Below, in pieces: positions 40,818 to 52,226 of a DNA stretch of 64,000 bases. The stretch comes from Nemertoderma westbladi. Lineage: Eukaryota > Animalia > Xenacoelomorpha. The stretch spans positions 1-64,000 of the forward strand of contig JAUCBJ010007966.1 in assembly GCA_032718475.1 (NCBI GenBank). The letters run 5' to 3'. The translations under genes were made by a program, and so were the position numbers. The notes below the pieces were generated by a model. The model worked only from the letters and a program-made list of their open reading frames with translations. It ran no database searches and was not told the origin of the DNA. The stretch's first letter is position 1. Each line of letters starts with the position of its first letter.

Positions 40818-43800
40818 CTATGCAATGGGCAATAAATCCCGACAGATTTGTTTGTCCCCTTTCTTCTTGTCGAACCATTTGGAACACGGGAATTTCCAGG
40901 TGTGATTGGTCGATAGATTGGTCACCTCAACTTTGTCTAAGAACCAAGCGGAACCCAAACCTGAATTATCGTGCTCAATTCGAACCTTCTGTAAATCGCC
41001 TAAGTCGACAAACTCAAGAACAAAGTCATCGACGTCACCAGATTCAAACAAGTTTTTAGTTCTTTTATTAAGACGATGTTTTCCTGAATCTCCGTAGATG
41101 CCATATAAGGTAATATAAACCTTGGCGTCTGTGCCAGCGCCACTCTCAGTCCCCGTATAAACCACTATTCTGTACTTCACAGCTGCCAACGATCGCACGG
41201 CTTGCGTTCTACCCTCCTGAACTTTTGTGACGTCATAATATCTCGCTTCTTTTCTAGAACGCGTGAGTGGTAGCCATGAGTTGACGAGGATGGTAGATTT
41301 CTCTCCCGTGGCGTTGTTCCCTACAACGACGTCGTAACAATGCCACATACCTTCCCTTCCGGTTGGTTGTTTAACAGCAGGTCCGTCTTCCCTCTCTAAA
41401 TGCCCCAGATAGATGCCTTGAATGCGCCCAACATTCTCGCATTGGAATTTAAACTCATCAGCCTGACCACGCTTAAGTACCTTCTTAATACTAGAATTTT
41501 CCAAAAGGAATTCTTTGGACTTTCTCAACTCGCCATCCAATATAATAAAGGCATTGTGAGAGGTAGACGCATCCTTTTTGTCTCCTGTTTGTACCATAAT
41601 TTCGTACACAACTACAGCCTGCTCAGTTCCCAAAGCTCGTCCTTCGCAGGTTAATTCCCTCGTTATCTGTTTGTCTTCGTGAGTTTTACTAAGCCATTTG
41701 TCACAATGGAATTTGTATGGTTTGTTCAACCCTTCATCCATAACTTCCATGGAATTAAGATGCCAAGAAGCCCCTAGACCGTGATTGTCATGCCAAACCC
41801 TGACCTTCATAAGCTCACCTAGACTGAGAATATCCTTAAAAGAAAACTCATCAGTATTATTTCTCTCAAACTTATTTCTATGCGTCAAAGAATCTTTAAG
41901 TTCCAGAACGTTGCTTTCACCATTCTCACCAAACAATATCATAGAAACATTAGCATCAGTACCGGCTCCCATCAAATCGGATGTTTTTACTGAGATCTTA
42001 TAGGATGTTTTACCGACGATCTGTTTCCCACGTACTGACGCTGGTAGTTCTTTCATTAAACTCTTTCCTTTTTTACTGAACCATTCACTACAATGGAACA
42101 TTGTCATCTCGCCGGTGTCCGTGCTGCGGAGGGATATCGATTCCAGGAACCATTCCAACCGTGATCCCTTTGTATCCATAATAACGCGCATCTTCCTCAA
42201 AGGAGCTATATCTTCTAATTCTAGTTTAATTATATCAACTTTTGATCTTTCAAATCGATCCTCCCCCTTTTCAAGAGTAATAGGTTGCGTCGATCCATTA
42301 ACTCCGAATATTTGTACAGTAATGTTGCAATCAGTTCCTGCGTTGTCCACATCGCCTGTGCGAACTGTCATCTCATAAGCTACTAATGCTTTGTAAGCTT
42401 TAAGTTGAGCATCAGTGACACTGAGGGTACGGGCAATAAGACCATCTTCCTGGTTGACACTAAACCATCTCTTACAAGGGAAAACATAATTCTTTCCCGC
42501 AGTTGGCATATCAATTTCTATTTCCACTATATACCAACCTTGTGACGTCATGACTCCATCGTGCCCGATTTCAATGGATTTAATTTCTCCGACGTCCGGA
42601 GCTTCAATACTGAACGTTTCGATGGAACCTCTTGCGAACTTCGGTTTCTTTCCCTGCAATTCTAAGGGAAGTTTACCTGTCTTACGCTCCTCTGTTCCAA
42701 AAATATTAACAAATGCATTTGCGTTAGTATCAGCATCATGTATATCACCTGTACTGATTTTGATGGTGTAAGGAATTGTAGGTCCTTCAAACACAGGAGC
42801 CTTAATTCTTGGGGAATCCCGCGACATAAGATCCCGCGCCGATTTAAGCGATCTAATGCTACCTATTGTCGATCTCCCAATGCTAGAGGTGTCACCTTCA
42901 TGTCCCTTTATGTACAAAGACCTTTCTATCCTACCATCATCTTTGTTCTTAGCAAGCCATCTCTCGCAATGGAATATATAACTCTCATTATCTCCATCCA
43001 CTATGACAACTCTATCAAGATACCATGAAGGAGACAATGAGGAGTTATCATGCCTAATTTTAATTTTGTACAACTTCCCAAGGTCAACAGCTTCTTGTGT
43101 AAAAATATCTTCCTGATTTCTTTCAAATTTGTTCATATGCTTCTCACTCTTTACAAGTTTTCTCTCACCAGAATCTCCATTCTCTCCAAATATCGTTAAG
43201 AATACATTTGCATCACTCCCTGCACCAAATTTATCTCCGGTAAATATATGGATTTTATATTTTCGATTCTCCATTAATTGCCTATGTATTGGCTTTTCTG
43301 AAATTTTTCCGAATTTATCAACACTGCGTTCAATTACTTCTCCAGGTACCAGCTCTCTAACAACAGCTCTATCATCCTCATCTTTAGCCAACCATCTGTT
43401 ACAAGGGAATGTGTACACTTCTGAAAAACTAGGCTTCCCTTGCTTGGAGTGTTTAAGTTTCCTAACGACCACTTTGTTGAGCTTCCATCCAGCCCCCATT
43501 GAGGTATCGCTGTGACCTATGCGGAATTTTTCTATAGTATCCCCAACATCATCCATTTCTAATACAAATGTATCAACTGAATTTCTGTTAAACAAATCCT
43601 TTCTATCGCCTTTACGTGGGGCGAGGGATGTTTCCTGTGTCGCATTTTCTTTTCCAAATACAGCGACAAACACATCGGCGTCAGTGCCAGCCCCCATGGA
43701 GTCAGCTGTGTAGGTGGCGATTTCGTAAGGGACTTGCTTCTCGTATTGGATATTTTGAGATTCCACTGGGAATAACTCTCTTTCTATTTGAGCATCATCC

Positions 43801-46800
43801 TGGTCGGTAGCTAACCAGCGACCACAAGGGAAAACGGTTTTAGTACCAAGAGAAGGGCAATCTATTACAACGGTTTCAAGGAACCATCCCGGACCAACAC
43901 CGGAATTGTCATGACCAACTTTTATTTTCTTAAGTTCCCCTAACCCTGCTGATTCAACAACAAAAATATCAGTCTGGGCTTTTTCAAATTTATTTTTGTG
44001 ATTTCGGGTCGATTTTAAAAAGCATTTCCCTGAGTTGTCCTTCTCCCCATAAATGATTACGTAGACATTGGCATCAGTACCTGCCATGCTGCTGTTTCCT
44101 GTTGAAACATGAACATAATATGTATTCACTTGAGTCTTGAGTTCTAATCCAAGATTATTTTTGAGATTGTACGGGCTTTTAGGTGCAAGGCCTTTGGCAT
44201 AATCGATTAGAGCTTTCTCCACAGGAACTAAATGCCTCATTAACTGCCCGTCATCTTCGTCAGTGGCGAGCCACCGCTGACATGGAAAATAAGTTGTTGT
44301 ATTTGTATTCTTCTCAGTAACTTCAATACTATCCAGAAACCAAGCGCTCCCCACTCCAGAACCACTGTTTCTCGGTCTTATCCCTGTCAGTAATCCCAAA
44401 TCAGCAGCATCAATTCGGAAGATATCATCATGACCTCGTTCGAATCGATTGATATGGCTGTCAGACCTCCACAGTTTTCGCTCACCAGTGTCCCCATGGT
44501 CACCATAAATGCAAACATATACATCGGCATCTGTGCCACTATGGGATACATCCCCAGTGATTACCTTCACTGTGTATTCATTGTACGGGTTTCTCTGTAA
44601 GGGTCTGCCATCGGCACCAGTTGGAACTAATTCGCGAACAATTTCACCGTCATCTTCCTTGGTGTCAAACCATCTTTCACAAGCAAAAGTATAATGAAGT
44701 TTTTCCAATTTCTCATTCCTTTCATCTTCGGTACACTGCTCATGCAATTTTGCTTTCTTGCGCTTTGGAGGTGTACGCAGTATTTGGACTTTTTCAAGAA
44801 ACCATCCACAAGACATTCCTTTATCGTTATGGCCAACTCGAATTTTATGAATATTTCCAACATCAATAGCTTCAATCTTAAATTTGTCCGTTGAATTTTG
44901 TTCGAAGTTATCTGTTCTGTTTCTAAGTGTAAATATTTCCGTTTTGTACTCTCGGCCATAAATTTGTATAAAGACATCAGCATCAGTACCCGAACCCAGT
45001 TTATCCCCAGTTTTCATAGTTATTTCGTATGGTATTCTGGCACGTCTCTGCTTCACTTCAGTAGGCAATACTTCTATCTCAATCAGCCCATCATCTTCTG
45101 ATGTATCCAGCCATCTATGAGTTGAAAAAACATAGAGTTCACCTCTACTAGGGACATCAATCTCAGCTTTATCAAGATACCATCCTGATCCAGGATTAGA
45201 TCCATCATGCCCAATTCTAATTTTCTCAATTTGTCCTATGTCAGTTGCCTCCATCTTAAAAGTATCTATTCTTCCCCTTTCAAACTTGTTTCCAATTTTA
45301 TTTTCCGATGATTCCAAATGCAGCATACCAGTATCGCCATCTTCACCAAAAACTTTAATACTAACATGAGCATCGGTACCTGCTCTCGTGACATCACCAG
45401 TTTTGACAGAAATATAATATGTTGTTGTCGCTAGCAACAAAGATTCTCCTTCAGGAACTAGCTCTCTCACTATCTGCCCATCATCCTCATCTTTATCAAG
45501 CCATCTGTGGCAAGGGAATTCAATTCTTGTCTTAGCATCAAATCCTTCTTGAACAATAATCTTATCCAGAAACCATCCAGCTCCGGCCCACTTCCCATCA
45601 TGCCAAACACGCACTTTATTGATCTTTTTTAAATTAACTGCCTCAATAGTATAAATATCAGTAGCGCCCTTTTCATGTTTGTTCAAATGTTCTGAGCTTT
45701 TTCGAAGCTCTCTTGGCCCAGTATCACCCTGTTCGCCAAAAATATTTACAAAGCAATGTGCATCTGTACCAGCACCAAACTTGTTACCAGTATAAACTTC
45801 AACCTGGTACTTTATAAGTTGTAAGGGTTTCTTAATAGTTGGTCCTTCCGCGGGCATCTCCCTGACAATAGAACCTTCTTCTTCATCATGGGAAAGCCAA
45901 CGATTACACTTGAAAAAATATTTCTCATTGTCTGTCATATTCTGCAACTCCACCTTATCCAGATGCCAACCTGCGTAAGTTCCACCATTGTCATGCCAAA
46001 TACGGACTTTATAAGGCCTTCCTACATCGTCCCCTTCAACCTTAAAGTTATCAACAGACTTCGACTCAAAATTATCCGACCTATTATTAAGGCCAATATC
46101 ATCTGTATGCCCCTTATCGCCGTAAATACACATGTATACATTCGCATTGGTACCAGCCATTCTTTTATCAGAGGTGTAAATAGTCGCATACCAGATATTC
46201 TTTGCCCGCATAGTCTTTCTCATTGATATCCTCTCAAACAAGTCTCGCTCTATCAATCCATCGCCTTCACTAGTGGCAAACCATTTATCTGCTATGAAAT
46301 ACTGTTCGATTCCTGTAGATGGGCAGAAGACAATGATTTTATCGCAGAACCAACCTGGTCCTGCACCACTATTATCATGGCCAACTGTTATCCGCGTACA
46401 AGGACTTAGCTTTCCAACCACATCCAAATTAAATATATCTGTTCTTCCTCTTTCAAACTTCCCTGATTCCAAGTACAATTTCCCACTATTTTCTTCAACA
46501 GTGCCAACTTTCCCCTCGATCTTCTTCTTTACATCACCATAAAGAATAACAAAGACCCGAGCCGATGTGGCCGCATTCATAACATCACCAGTAATTGCAG
46601 TTATCTTATACGGGATGCCCATGGGTGGACCTCCAGCTTTACCACCCAATACAAGATCTCTCTGTATGCGTCCATCACCTTCGTCCTTTGCGAACCATTG
46701 ACCGCACGGGAATTCGTAGACTCTACCCACAGTAATGTCATCAACTATCACCTTATCAAGAAACCAACCAGCTGATACCCCTCTATTGTCATGCCCAATC

Positions 46801-48356
46801 CGTATTCGGTTGATCGCGCCTAGAGATGGACCCTCAATCGTGAATTCGTCTTTTTTTCCCCTTTCGAAGTTATTCGAAGAGTTATTTAACCTTCTTTCAC
46901 CGGAATCGCCTGTATCACCGAAAAGAGTCATAAAGACATTGGCATCAGTGCCAGCTCCTCTACGGTCTGCCGTCTGGACAGTCACTACATATTTATTCGC
47001 CTTTCGCACGGCTCCGAGATCAGTGCTCCCAATCAAATCACGACAAATAAGACCGTCTCCATCACTTTTACTTAGCCACTGGCCACAAGGGAAGTAATAC
47101 TTTTTGGCTGGCGCCGATTCATCAGTTATTACGATGCGATCCAAAAACCACCCCGCAGCAAAACCTGTGTTATCGTGTTCGATCCGCACCTTTTTAATGA
47201 TGCCGACCTTTGAACCTCGCACCTTGAATATATCAGTATTTCCTCTCTCAAAAACTGGTTTAATATCAGTGAGAACCATTTTTGAGGTGTTACCCCGTGC
47301 TCCATAAATTATGATAGATACATTGGCATCAGTGCCAGCCCCTCTCACATCACCGGTCACCACCACAATCTCGTAGGAAGTTTTCCCACCAACCTGACTG
47401 TGTTCGGCAGGTTTAAGGTCCCTGGATAGTTGGCAATCCCCTTCAAACAAAGACAACCAACGATTGCACGGGAATATCCAGGTCCGCTTGGTCGCGGTAT
47501 TCGTAATCTCTACATCGTCCACAAACCAGGAATGCTTGTTCTCAAGACCATCATGTTCAATCGTGATTTTCTCTATTTCCCCTAATTCTGGTCCCCTCAA
47601 CTTAAACACAGAAGTTGATCCCCTCAAAAATTTAAAATGCCTTTCTTCACCATCGGCATATTTTTTTTTCAATTGTTTTTTCGTCATTTTCCCTTTTGAG
47701 CCCTTCATTCTCAAAAACACTCTCGCATCAGTACCTGCGTTCTTGCGATCTGCAGTTTTGATGGACACTTTATATATTATTTCACCTTTTTGTAATTTCT
47801 TTTTCTTTTTAGATTCCGCCGCAGATTTCCGTCTTTCCACCCTACCATCAGGAAGAACCACCATGCGACCGCCGAGAGTTGCTTGAGGCATAATTAATCC
47901 GAATTTCCTAGCATAGTAGTCGATTAGATGGGGGTCGTTAAGAGAATCGTACTCGGGAAGAAGTTTAACTTTACCTTTAGAATCCATTTTGGGGTAGCCG
48001 ACAGCAGCTGTCTCCCACGCGCCGATATTATCGAACTTGCGGGGGGCGAACGGAGCTCCTCGACTAACTTTAGTCTCGAGCGGGTGGTGGTTCAGCGCCA
48101 CGGTAAACCGTCTGCGTTTACCGAAGGCCGACTTACCCCCCTCCGTCACCACACCCGGGTCTCTCCATGGCAGACGACCCATTGAGTCAGTGGGTGGCGC
48201 TGACCGATTCCTGGGAGGCACGGATTGGGCTCGCTGTCGGGCGTCAGACGTCGAAGCGTACGGCATAAACGGGTCTCTAGTGTGGACTTGGGTTGATGTA
48301 TTTACAAGAGTGTTTGTCATCGAACCCGCCACTCCAAACGAATCCTGAAACGCCAT
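40818..48356 (-). CDS. LOXHD1: Lipoxygenase homology domain-containing protein 1 (poly-PLAT protein), 2512 aa, single uninterrupted ORF
   Basis: 17 tandem PLAT/LH2 repeats counted by the motif Y.(I/V)...T(G/A)D...AGTDA.V...(L/I).G..G...F......I.I.HD..G...GW.L......F.C..W......DG...R.L. A protein made almost entirely of PLAT repeats is the LOXHD1 architecture. Confidence 0.95.
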   Translation of the reverse strand: MAFQDSFGVAGSMTNTLVNTSTQVHTRDPFMPYASTSDARQRAQSVPPRNRSAPPTDSMGRLPWRDPGVVTEGGKSAFGKRRRFTVALNHHPLETKVSRGAPFAPRKFDNIGAWETAAVGYPKMDSKGKVKLLPEYDSLNDPHLIDYYARKFGLIMPQATLGGRMVVLPDGRVERRKSAAESKKKKKLQKGEIIYKVSIKTADRKNAGTDARVFLRMKGSKGKMTKKQLKKKYADGEERHFKFLRGSTSVFKLRGPELGEIEKITIEHDGLENKHSWFVDDVEITNTATKRTWIFPCNRWLSLFEGDCQLSRDLKPAEHSQVGGKTSYEIVVVTGDVRGAGTDANVSIIIYGARGNTSKMVLTDIKPVFERGNTDIFKVRGSKVGIIKKVRIEHDNTGFAAGWFLDRIVITDESAPAKKYYFPCGQWLSKSDGDGLICRDLIGSTDLGAVRKANKYVVTVQTADRRGAGTDANVFMTLFGDTGDSGERRLNNSSNNFERGKKDEFTIEGPSLGAINRIRIGHDNRGVSAGWFLDKVIVDDITVGRVYEFPCGQWFAKDEGDGRIQRDLVLGGKAGGPPMGIPYKITAITGDVMNAATSARVFVILYGDVKKKIEGKVGTVEENSGKLYLESGKFERGRTDIFNLDVVGKLSPCTRITVGHDNSGAGPGWFCDKIIVFCPSTGIEQYFIADKWFATSEGDGLIERDLFERISMRKTMRAKNIWYATIYTSDKRMAGTNANVYMCIYGDKGHTDDIGLNNRSDNFESKSVDNFKVEGDDVGRPYKVRIWHDNGGTYAGWHLDKVELQNMTDNEKYFFKCNRWLSHDEEEGSIVREMPAEGPTIKKPLQLIKYQVEVYTGNKFGAGTDAHCFVNIFGEQGDTGPRELRKSSEHLNKHEKGATDIYTIEAVNLKKINKVRVWHDGKWAGAGWFLDKIIVQEGFDAKTRIEFPCHRWLDKDEDDGQIVRELVPEGESLLLATTTYYISVKTGDVTRAGTDAHVSIKVFGEDGDTGMLHLESSENKIGNKFERGRIDTFKMEATDIGQIEKIRIGHDGSNPGSGWYLDKAEIDVPSRGELYVFSTHRWLDTSEDDGLIEIEVLPTEVKQRRARIPYEITMKTGDKLGSGTDADVFIQIYGREYKTEIFTLRNRTDNFEQNSTDKFKIEAIDVGNIHKIRVGHNDKGMSCGWFLEKVQILRTPPKRKKAKLHEQCTEDERNEKLEKLHYTFACERWFDTKEDDGEIVRELVPTGADGRPLQRNPYNEYTVKVITGDVSHSGTDADVYVCIYGDHGDTGERKLWRSDSHINRFERGHDDIFRIDAADLGLLTGIRPRNSGSGVGSAWFLDSIEVTEKNTNTTTYFPCQRWLATDEDDGQLMRHLVPVEKALIDYAKGLAPKSPYNLKNNLGLELKTQVNTYYVHVSTGNSSMAGTDANVYVIIYGEKDNSGKCFLKSTRNHKNKFEKAQTDIFVVESAGLGELKKIKVGHDNSGVGPGWFLETVVIDCPSLGTKTVFPCGRWLATDQDDAQIERELFPVESQNIQYEKQVPYEIATYTADSMGAGTDADVFVAVFGKENATQETSLAPRKGDRKDLFNRNSVDTFVLEMDDVGDTIEKFRIGHSDTSMGAGWKLNKVVVRKLKHSKQGKPSFSEVYTFPCNRWLAKDEDDRAVVRELVPGEVIERSVDKFGKISEKPIHRQLMENRKYKIHIFTGDKFGAGSDANVFLTIFGENGDSGERKLVKSEKHMNKFERNQEDIFTQEAVDLGKLYKIKIRHDNSSLSPSWYLDRVVIVDGDNESYIFHCERWLAKNKDDGRIERSLYIKGHEGDTSSIGRSTIGSIRSLKSARDLMSRDSPRIKAPVFEGPTIPYTIKISTGDIHDADTNANAFVNIFGTEERKTGKLPLELQGKKPKFARGSIETFSIEAPDVGEIKSIEIGHDGVMTSQGWYIVEIEIDMPTAGKNYVFPCKRWFSVNQEDGLIARTLSVTDAQLKAYKALVAYEMTVRTGDVDNAGTDCNITVQIFGVNGSTQPITLEKGEDRFERSKVDIIKLELEDIAPLRKMRVIMDTKGSRLEWFLESISLRSTDTGEMTMFHCSEWFSKKGKSLMKELPASVRGKQIVGKTSYKISVKTSDLMGAGTDANVSMILFGENGESNVLELKDSLTHRNKFERNNTDEFSFKDILSLGELMKVRVWHDNHGLGASWHLNSMEVMDEGLNKPYKFHCDKWLSKTHEDKQITRELTCEGRALGTEQAVVVYEIMVQTGDKKDASTSHNAFIILDGELRKSKEFLLENSSIKKVLKRGQADEFKFQCENVGRIQGIYLGHLEREDGPAVKQPTGREGMWHCYDVVVGNNATGEKSTILVNSWLPLTRSRKEARYYDVTKVQEGRTQAVRSLAAVKYRIVVYTGTESGAGTDAKVYITLYGIYGDSGKHRLNKRTKNLFESGDVDDFVLEFVDLGDLQKVRIEHDNSGLGSAWFLDKVEVTNLSTNHTWKFPCSKWFDKKKGDKQICRDLLPIA

Positions 48357-48507
48357 AGGAGATTGTAAGGCAGATTTTACTCAGGTCATCAACATGTTTC
48401 AATAAATCAAGTAGTAAATTTCTTATAAATATCATAAATATTCAATGTAAATGTGAAGTATAAACTGTCCAGTTAGAAATTTAACTAAGTAATAAAACAC
48501 AGAGGCA

Positions 48508-48650
48508 GTAAACAATTCATTCAACTATTTCTTACTAAGGAAACCCTCGCGGAATTTCGTTTACACTTGTTGCCAGGCAAACGGGATGGGATGAGGAATG
48601 GAAATGGTATGGCGAGGGGGGAATGTAAACAACTCTGGTTGCCAAGGAAC
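48508..48650. promoter_or_regulatory. Putative ciliary-type promoter of LOXHD1 with RFX X-box-like and forkhead motifs
   Basis: X-box-like GTTGCCAGGCAAAC (48569-48582), GTTGCCAAGGAAC (48638-48650) and CTTACTAAGGAAAC (48531-48544). GTAAACA at 48508 and 48625. All lie 150-300 bp upstream of the ATG. Confidence 0.6.
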
Positions 48651-49021
48651 CATATTTGGCAAGAAAGGAATTCCACGGTATTCGCCGTGCTTACTGCTAA
48701 TTCAGTTGTAAGGCGTCGGTGGTTGGATAATGAAATGCATTTAAGTTAACATTTAATTTCGTATGGAAAAATAATAATTTTAAACATTCATACATTTTAT
48801 AAGTTACAATAGAATGAACGTTTTAACACAAACGTTCTGATATTATAAACGGAAAAATGTTGAAAAGGTTCTCAATTTGAAAATGTATAATTTTCCAAAG
48901 GACTATCTGCCTCAAATGAGCAGCAATGTATGTTAGGAAAAATATGAGAAAATATTTATTGTAACCCATATAAGAAGCAAATAATGTTAGTTGGAGACAC
49001 GAATCCGGGAAAGTTCATCGA

Positions 49022-50265
49022 ATACGATACGATACGATGATCAGCATGCTGCATTGCAGCTCCATTATATACATTACATATATATTAAGAATGCTGTGCC
49101 GGCTTGTCGACAAAATTGCGACGCCACAACTCCCTATCACCCATGACATTTGCTAGATCATCCGCATCTTCAAGGCCAGTGTCCTTTAAGATGCGTCTCA
49201 AGAAAGTCATTGGCTGTCCACCAGGCTTATTCACTCCATGAGGCCGCCAAAGCCAAGATTATGCACTGGCTCGTCTTCACGCCGAAAGCAATGTCCTGCA
49301 AAGCGGAGGCGATTTTGTTCTAGTGTCAAGCTTGGGGGAGCCAATAAGACATCTCCAATGTTATATAGTGTCTGGTTGGAGATGTGTGCATTGTACTTGA
49401 CACAGTGAACCCGGCGTAGCATTCTTGTGAATGTGCCATCCAGAGATTTGGTGTCCTCAGCAGTTAGAGCCCAGCATGGACTCCCATAGAGGAGTACTGG
49501 AACTACTGCGGCTCTAAATAATCGGACCTTAAGTTTCCGATGAATTCTCGGTGACTTCCAAATCCTGGAAAGCCCATTCAAGGCTTCCCATGCCTTTCCC
49601 TTACGTATTCGAAGGTCCTCACCTGACTTCCAGATCCATGATCCCCAGTTAACAGAAGTCGTCCACATGCTCAACCATACCATCCTTTGAGCTTATGCTC
49701 ATCCGGTCATAGACTTGCTGAGAACTTTCAAAGTTAACTGTCAAAAGTTTGGTCTTTCTGGAGTTAATAAAAAGACCACCACTAGAAGCAGACTGTTCTA
49801 ATGAGCTGAAGAGCCGTTGGGTTCCCTCTAGTGATTTTGAGAGTACCCCTAAGTCATCAGCAAAGTCTAGATCAGTTAGGTACTTGGCAGGATTTCCTCG
49901 ACTTCTGGAGCCAGTAGGTGGAGTTACCACCACCCCATCATCATTATGATGATCTAAGGACATGCGTAGAACATAGTCAACCACAATTATGAACAAGAAT
50001 GGCGCAAGTGTGTCTCCCTGGAGGACGCCCCATAACACTTCAAATGGTTCTGTGTCACCGTCAACGGTAGACACAAATGTTGTCGAACCATCGTATACTG
50101 ATCTGATTGCTGCAATAATTTCATCAGGAATCCCATATAATGAAAGTATGCTGAACATAGTAAGCGATAGACTGAATCAAAGGCCTTGAAGAAGTCAACA
50201 AAGTCAACAAATTTTGATAACTCTTCAATTATCCTTCTAAGTGCCAAAATGGGCTCCATGGTCAT
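49022..50265 (-). mobile_element. 5'-truncated, frameshifted RTE-clade LINE (RT domain and C-terminus)
   Basis: FVDFFKAFDSV, GVLQGDTLAPFLFIIVVDYVLR and DLDFADDL are spread over three shifted ORFs. 3' UTR as in the 37871 copy, with an (ATCGT)n tail. Confidence 0.93.
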
Positions 50266-51445
50266 CCTAATATGGCTCGAATACGAAGACTGCTTGAAAA
50301 ATTACCAGTTGTCATGAAACATATGATAATAATTATTATTACTCTAAAATTCCATGCAAATGTAGGAATGCAAAAATCGTAAATATAATTAATTAAAAAA
50401 TATAAAACTCTTAGAAAAAATAGATGTTCTACCACAATCTCTACCTAGTATACTGAATAGATATAAATGAAATTGAAACATGAAATCGATGGAGAGCACT
50501 TCAGCAATTACAGCTGTAAATATATAACAAAATGTTTGTAATGAAACATCCTACTTAGCACGCAAGGAATGGGAGGCGGTGATTTTACTATTCCCCAAAT
50601 AGTTCATTTGCCAAGCTTTTTGTTGTTTCGTATTTTGTTGCATCAGCCAAAGATTTGTCTTCTTTCTCTCCTTCAGAAATGTGCTAATCTCTCGTTCCAT
50701 TTTGTAATTTTCTCTCGCCTAAAACGAAGTAATAATATTTCATCTGAAAATTAATAGATTTCTGAGATTCTTGAGGTAGTTTCTTAAACACCAATCTAAA
50801 AGTAGTAAAAACTTAAATCAAAATCCTCCAAACAGCTCCATACTCACTAACCTGAAATTTTTTGCATTGAAGTTTATACTTTTCATTACTATCCGGCGAT
50901 TTTGTGCGAAACACTAAATGACCTTTCCTAATCTCAGAACCTGCCCCATTCTCTCCACCGCTATTACCCATAACATCAACAAAATCCTGAGTCTTCAACG
51001 ACGACTTATTGATTTCTCTTTCAGCTGCTTTGAAGCTCCTTTCTTGGTTCCTCAATGCGTGGGCGAGTGAACCTAAAGAAAACACACTTAATAACCCAAC
51101 GATAATTTATTTTTGTAGAATTCGGAGGGTGATAGTTGATTTGAGACCGAAAAGGTAAACCTACGCTATATAATACTGTAAAGCGACCTAAGGTGTTATC
51201 ATTTTGGTATAATTTACTATTGTTTAAAGAAACTCGAATAATCCCTTCAAGCAATATTAAATTAACTTCTAGACCAGTTTGTGTTGCCCAACACGAATAT
51301 GAACTCCACAGTTGTTATAAGTATATTATATTATATACCATAGTTATAAGAAAGTTATAAGAGGTTTTAAATAAAGACGGCACCCTGCCGCGTCCTGGGG
51401 GTCAGGATAATAGCTCTTTTAGTTTTCAAGTTATAACAATTTCCA

Positions 51446-52017
51446 TTTAGGGATCCCTATTGAAATTACTATTACTATGTATAATAAAAGGTCGTTTATC
51501 TCCAAATATATTTTTTATGAAATTGTCAACTTCAAAACCCTACTACTTATACAATTTTTGAGTAATTAGTCTGACACTTTCTGTGGGTGTCTAGATAGCC
51601 ACCTTGCATAAAAGTATCAGACAACTTTTTGAAATTTATTGTTAATAAAATTTAATACTATTTATAACAAACCTAAAAAATTTTCATAAATTTGCAGCGC
51701 CACCTAGCGGTGCAGAATTATTTACACAAAATTTCGCCTGATAGTTATGTTGCCCCATCTTTGATCTATCATATAAAAAAACTTTCATGTGAATAGGTTC
51801 AAAACTTTAAAAGCCTTAGGGTTTTAAGCGCAACCAAGTTTTTTTATTGTTAACTAGTATTAACTAATATTAAATAGCGAACAATACAATTTTTCAAACC
51901 TCTCATGTAGAATAGCATCTTAGGTACTTATATTCCAAATTATAGCCAAAACCAAAAAAATTTGAAACGCTGAGAGTGATAAATCGAAGAGTTGTCCGAA
52001 AATGGTCTACCCCTTAA
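51446..52017. mobile_element. Possible degenerate non-autonomous DNA transposon (TTAA-flanked, Kolobok-like end)
   Basis: The right end TACCCCTTAA and left end TTTAGGGATCCC are only partly complementary. The AT-rich interior carries a CTCF-like motif. Confidence 0.3.
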
Positions 52018-52226
52018 TGAAAATGGTCCTGAATTATTCAGAATGAAAAAGGCGGCAGTGTGCCGCCTTTTTAAGCGATGGTACGCAAAGTGACGTCATT
52101 TGGTGTTATTTGTTAATTTGGATTGGAATGATTTGGAGTCAATAATATTTAATTGAAGCCGAGGTGTCCTTTAAGAATATAAGTGTTTCATCACTATTTT
52201 TTTCAATACGGCCTTTGTACCCTCAA

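Noticed and set aside
40793-48348. Many short + strand ORFs
   Set aside because: They are antisense shadows of the LOXHD1 ORF.
50590-51090. Extra minus-strand exons (90-aa ORF 50813-51085)
   Set aside because: An acceptor-like site is present, but there is no recognisable homology or phase-linked partner and the adjacent frames have stops.
52046-52072. Bacterial rho-independent terminator or contamination
   Set aside because: The context is spliced eukaryotic genes and animal transposons.
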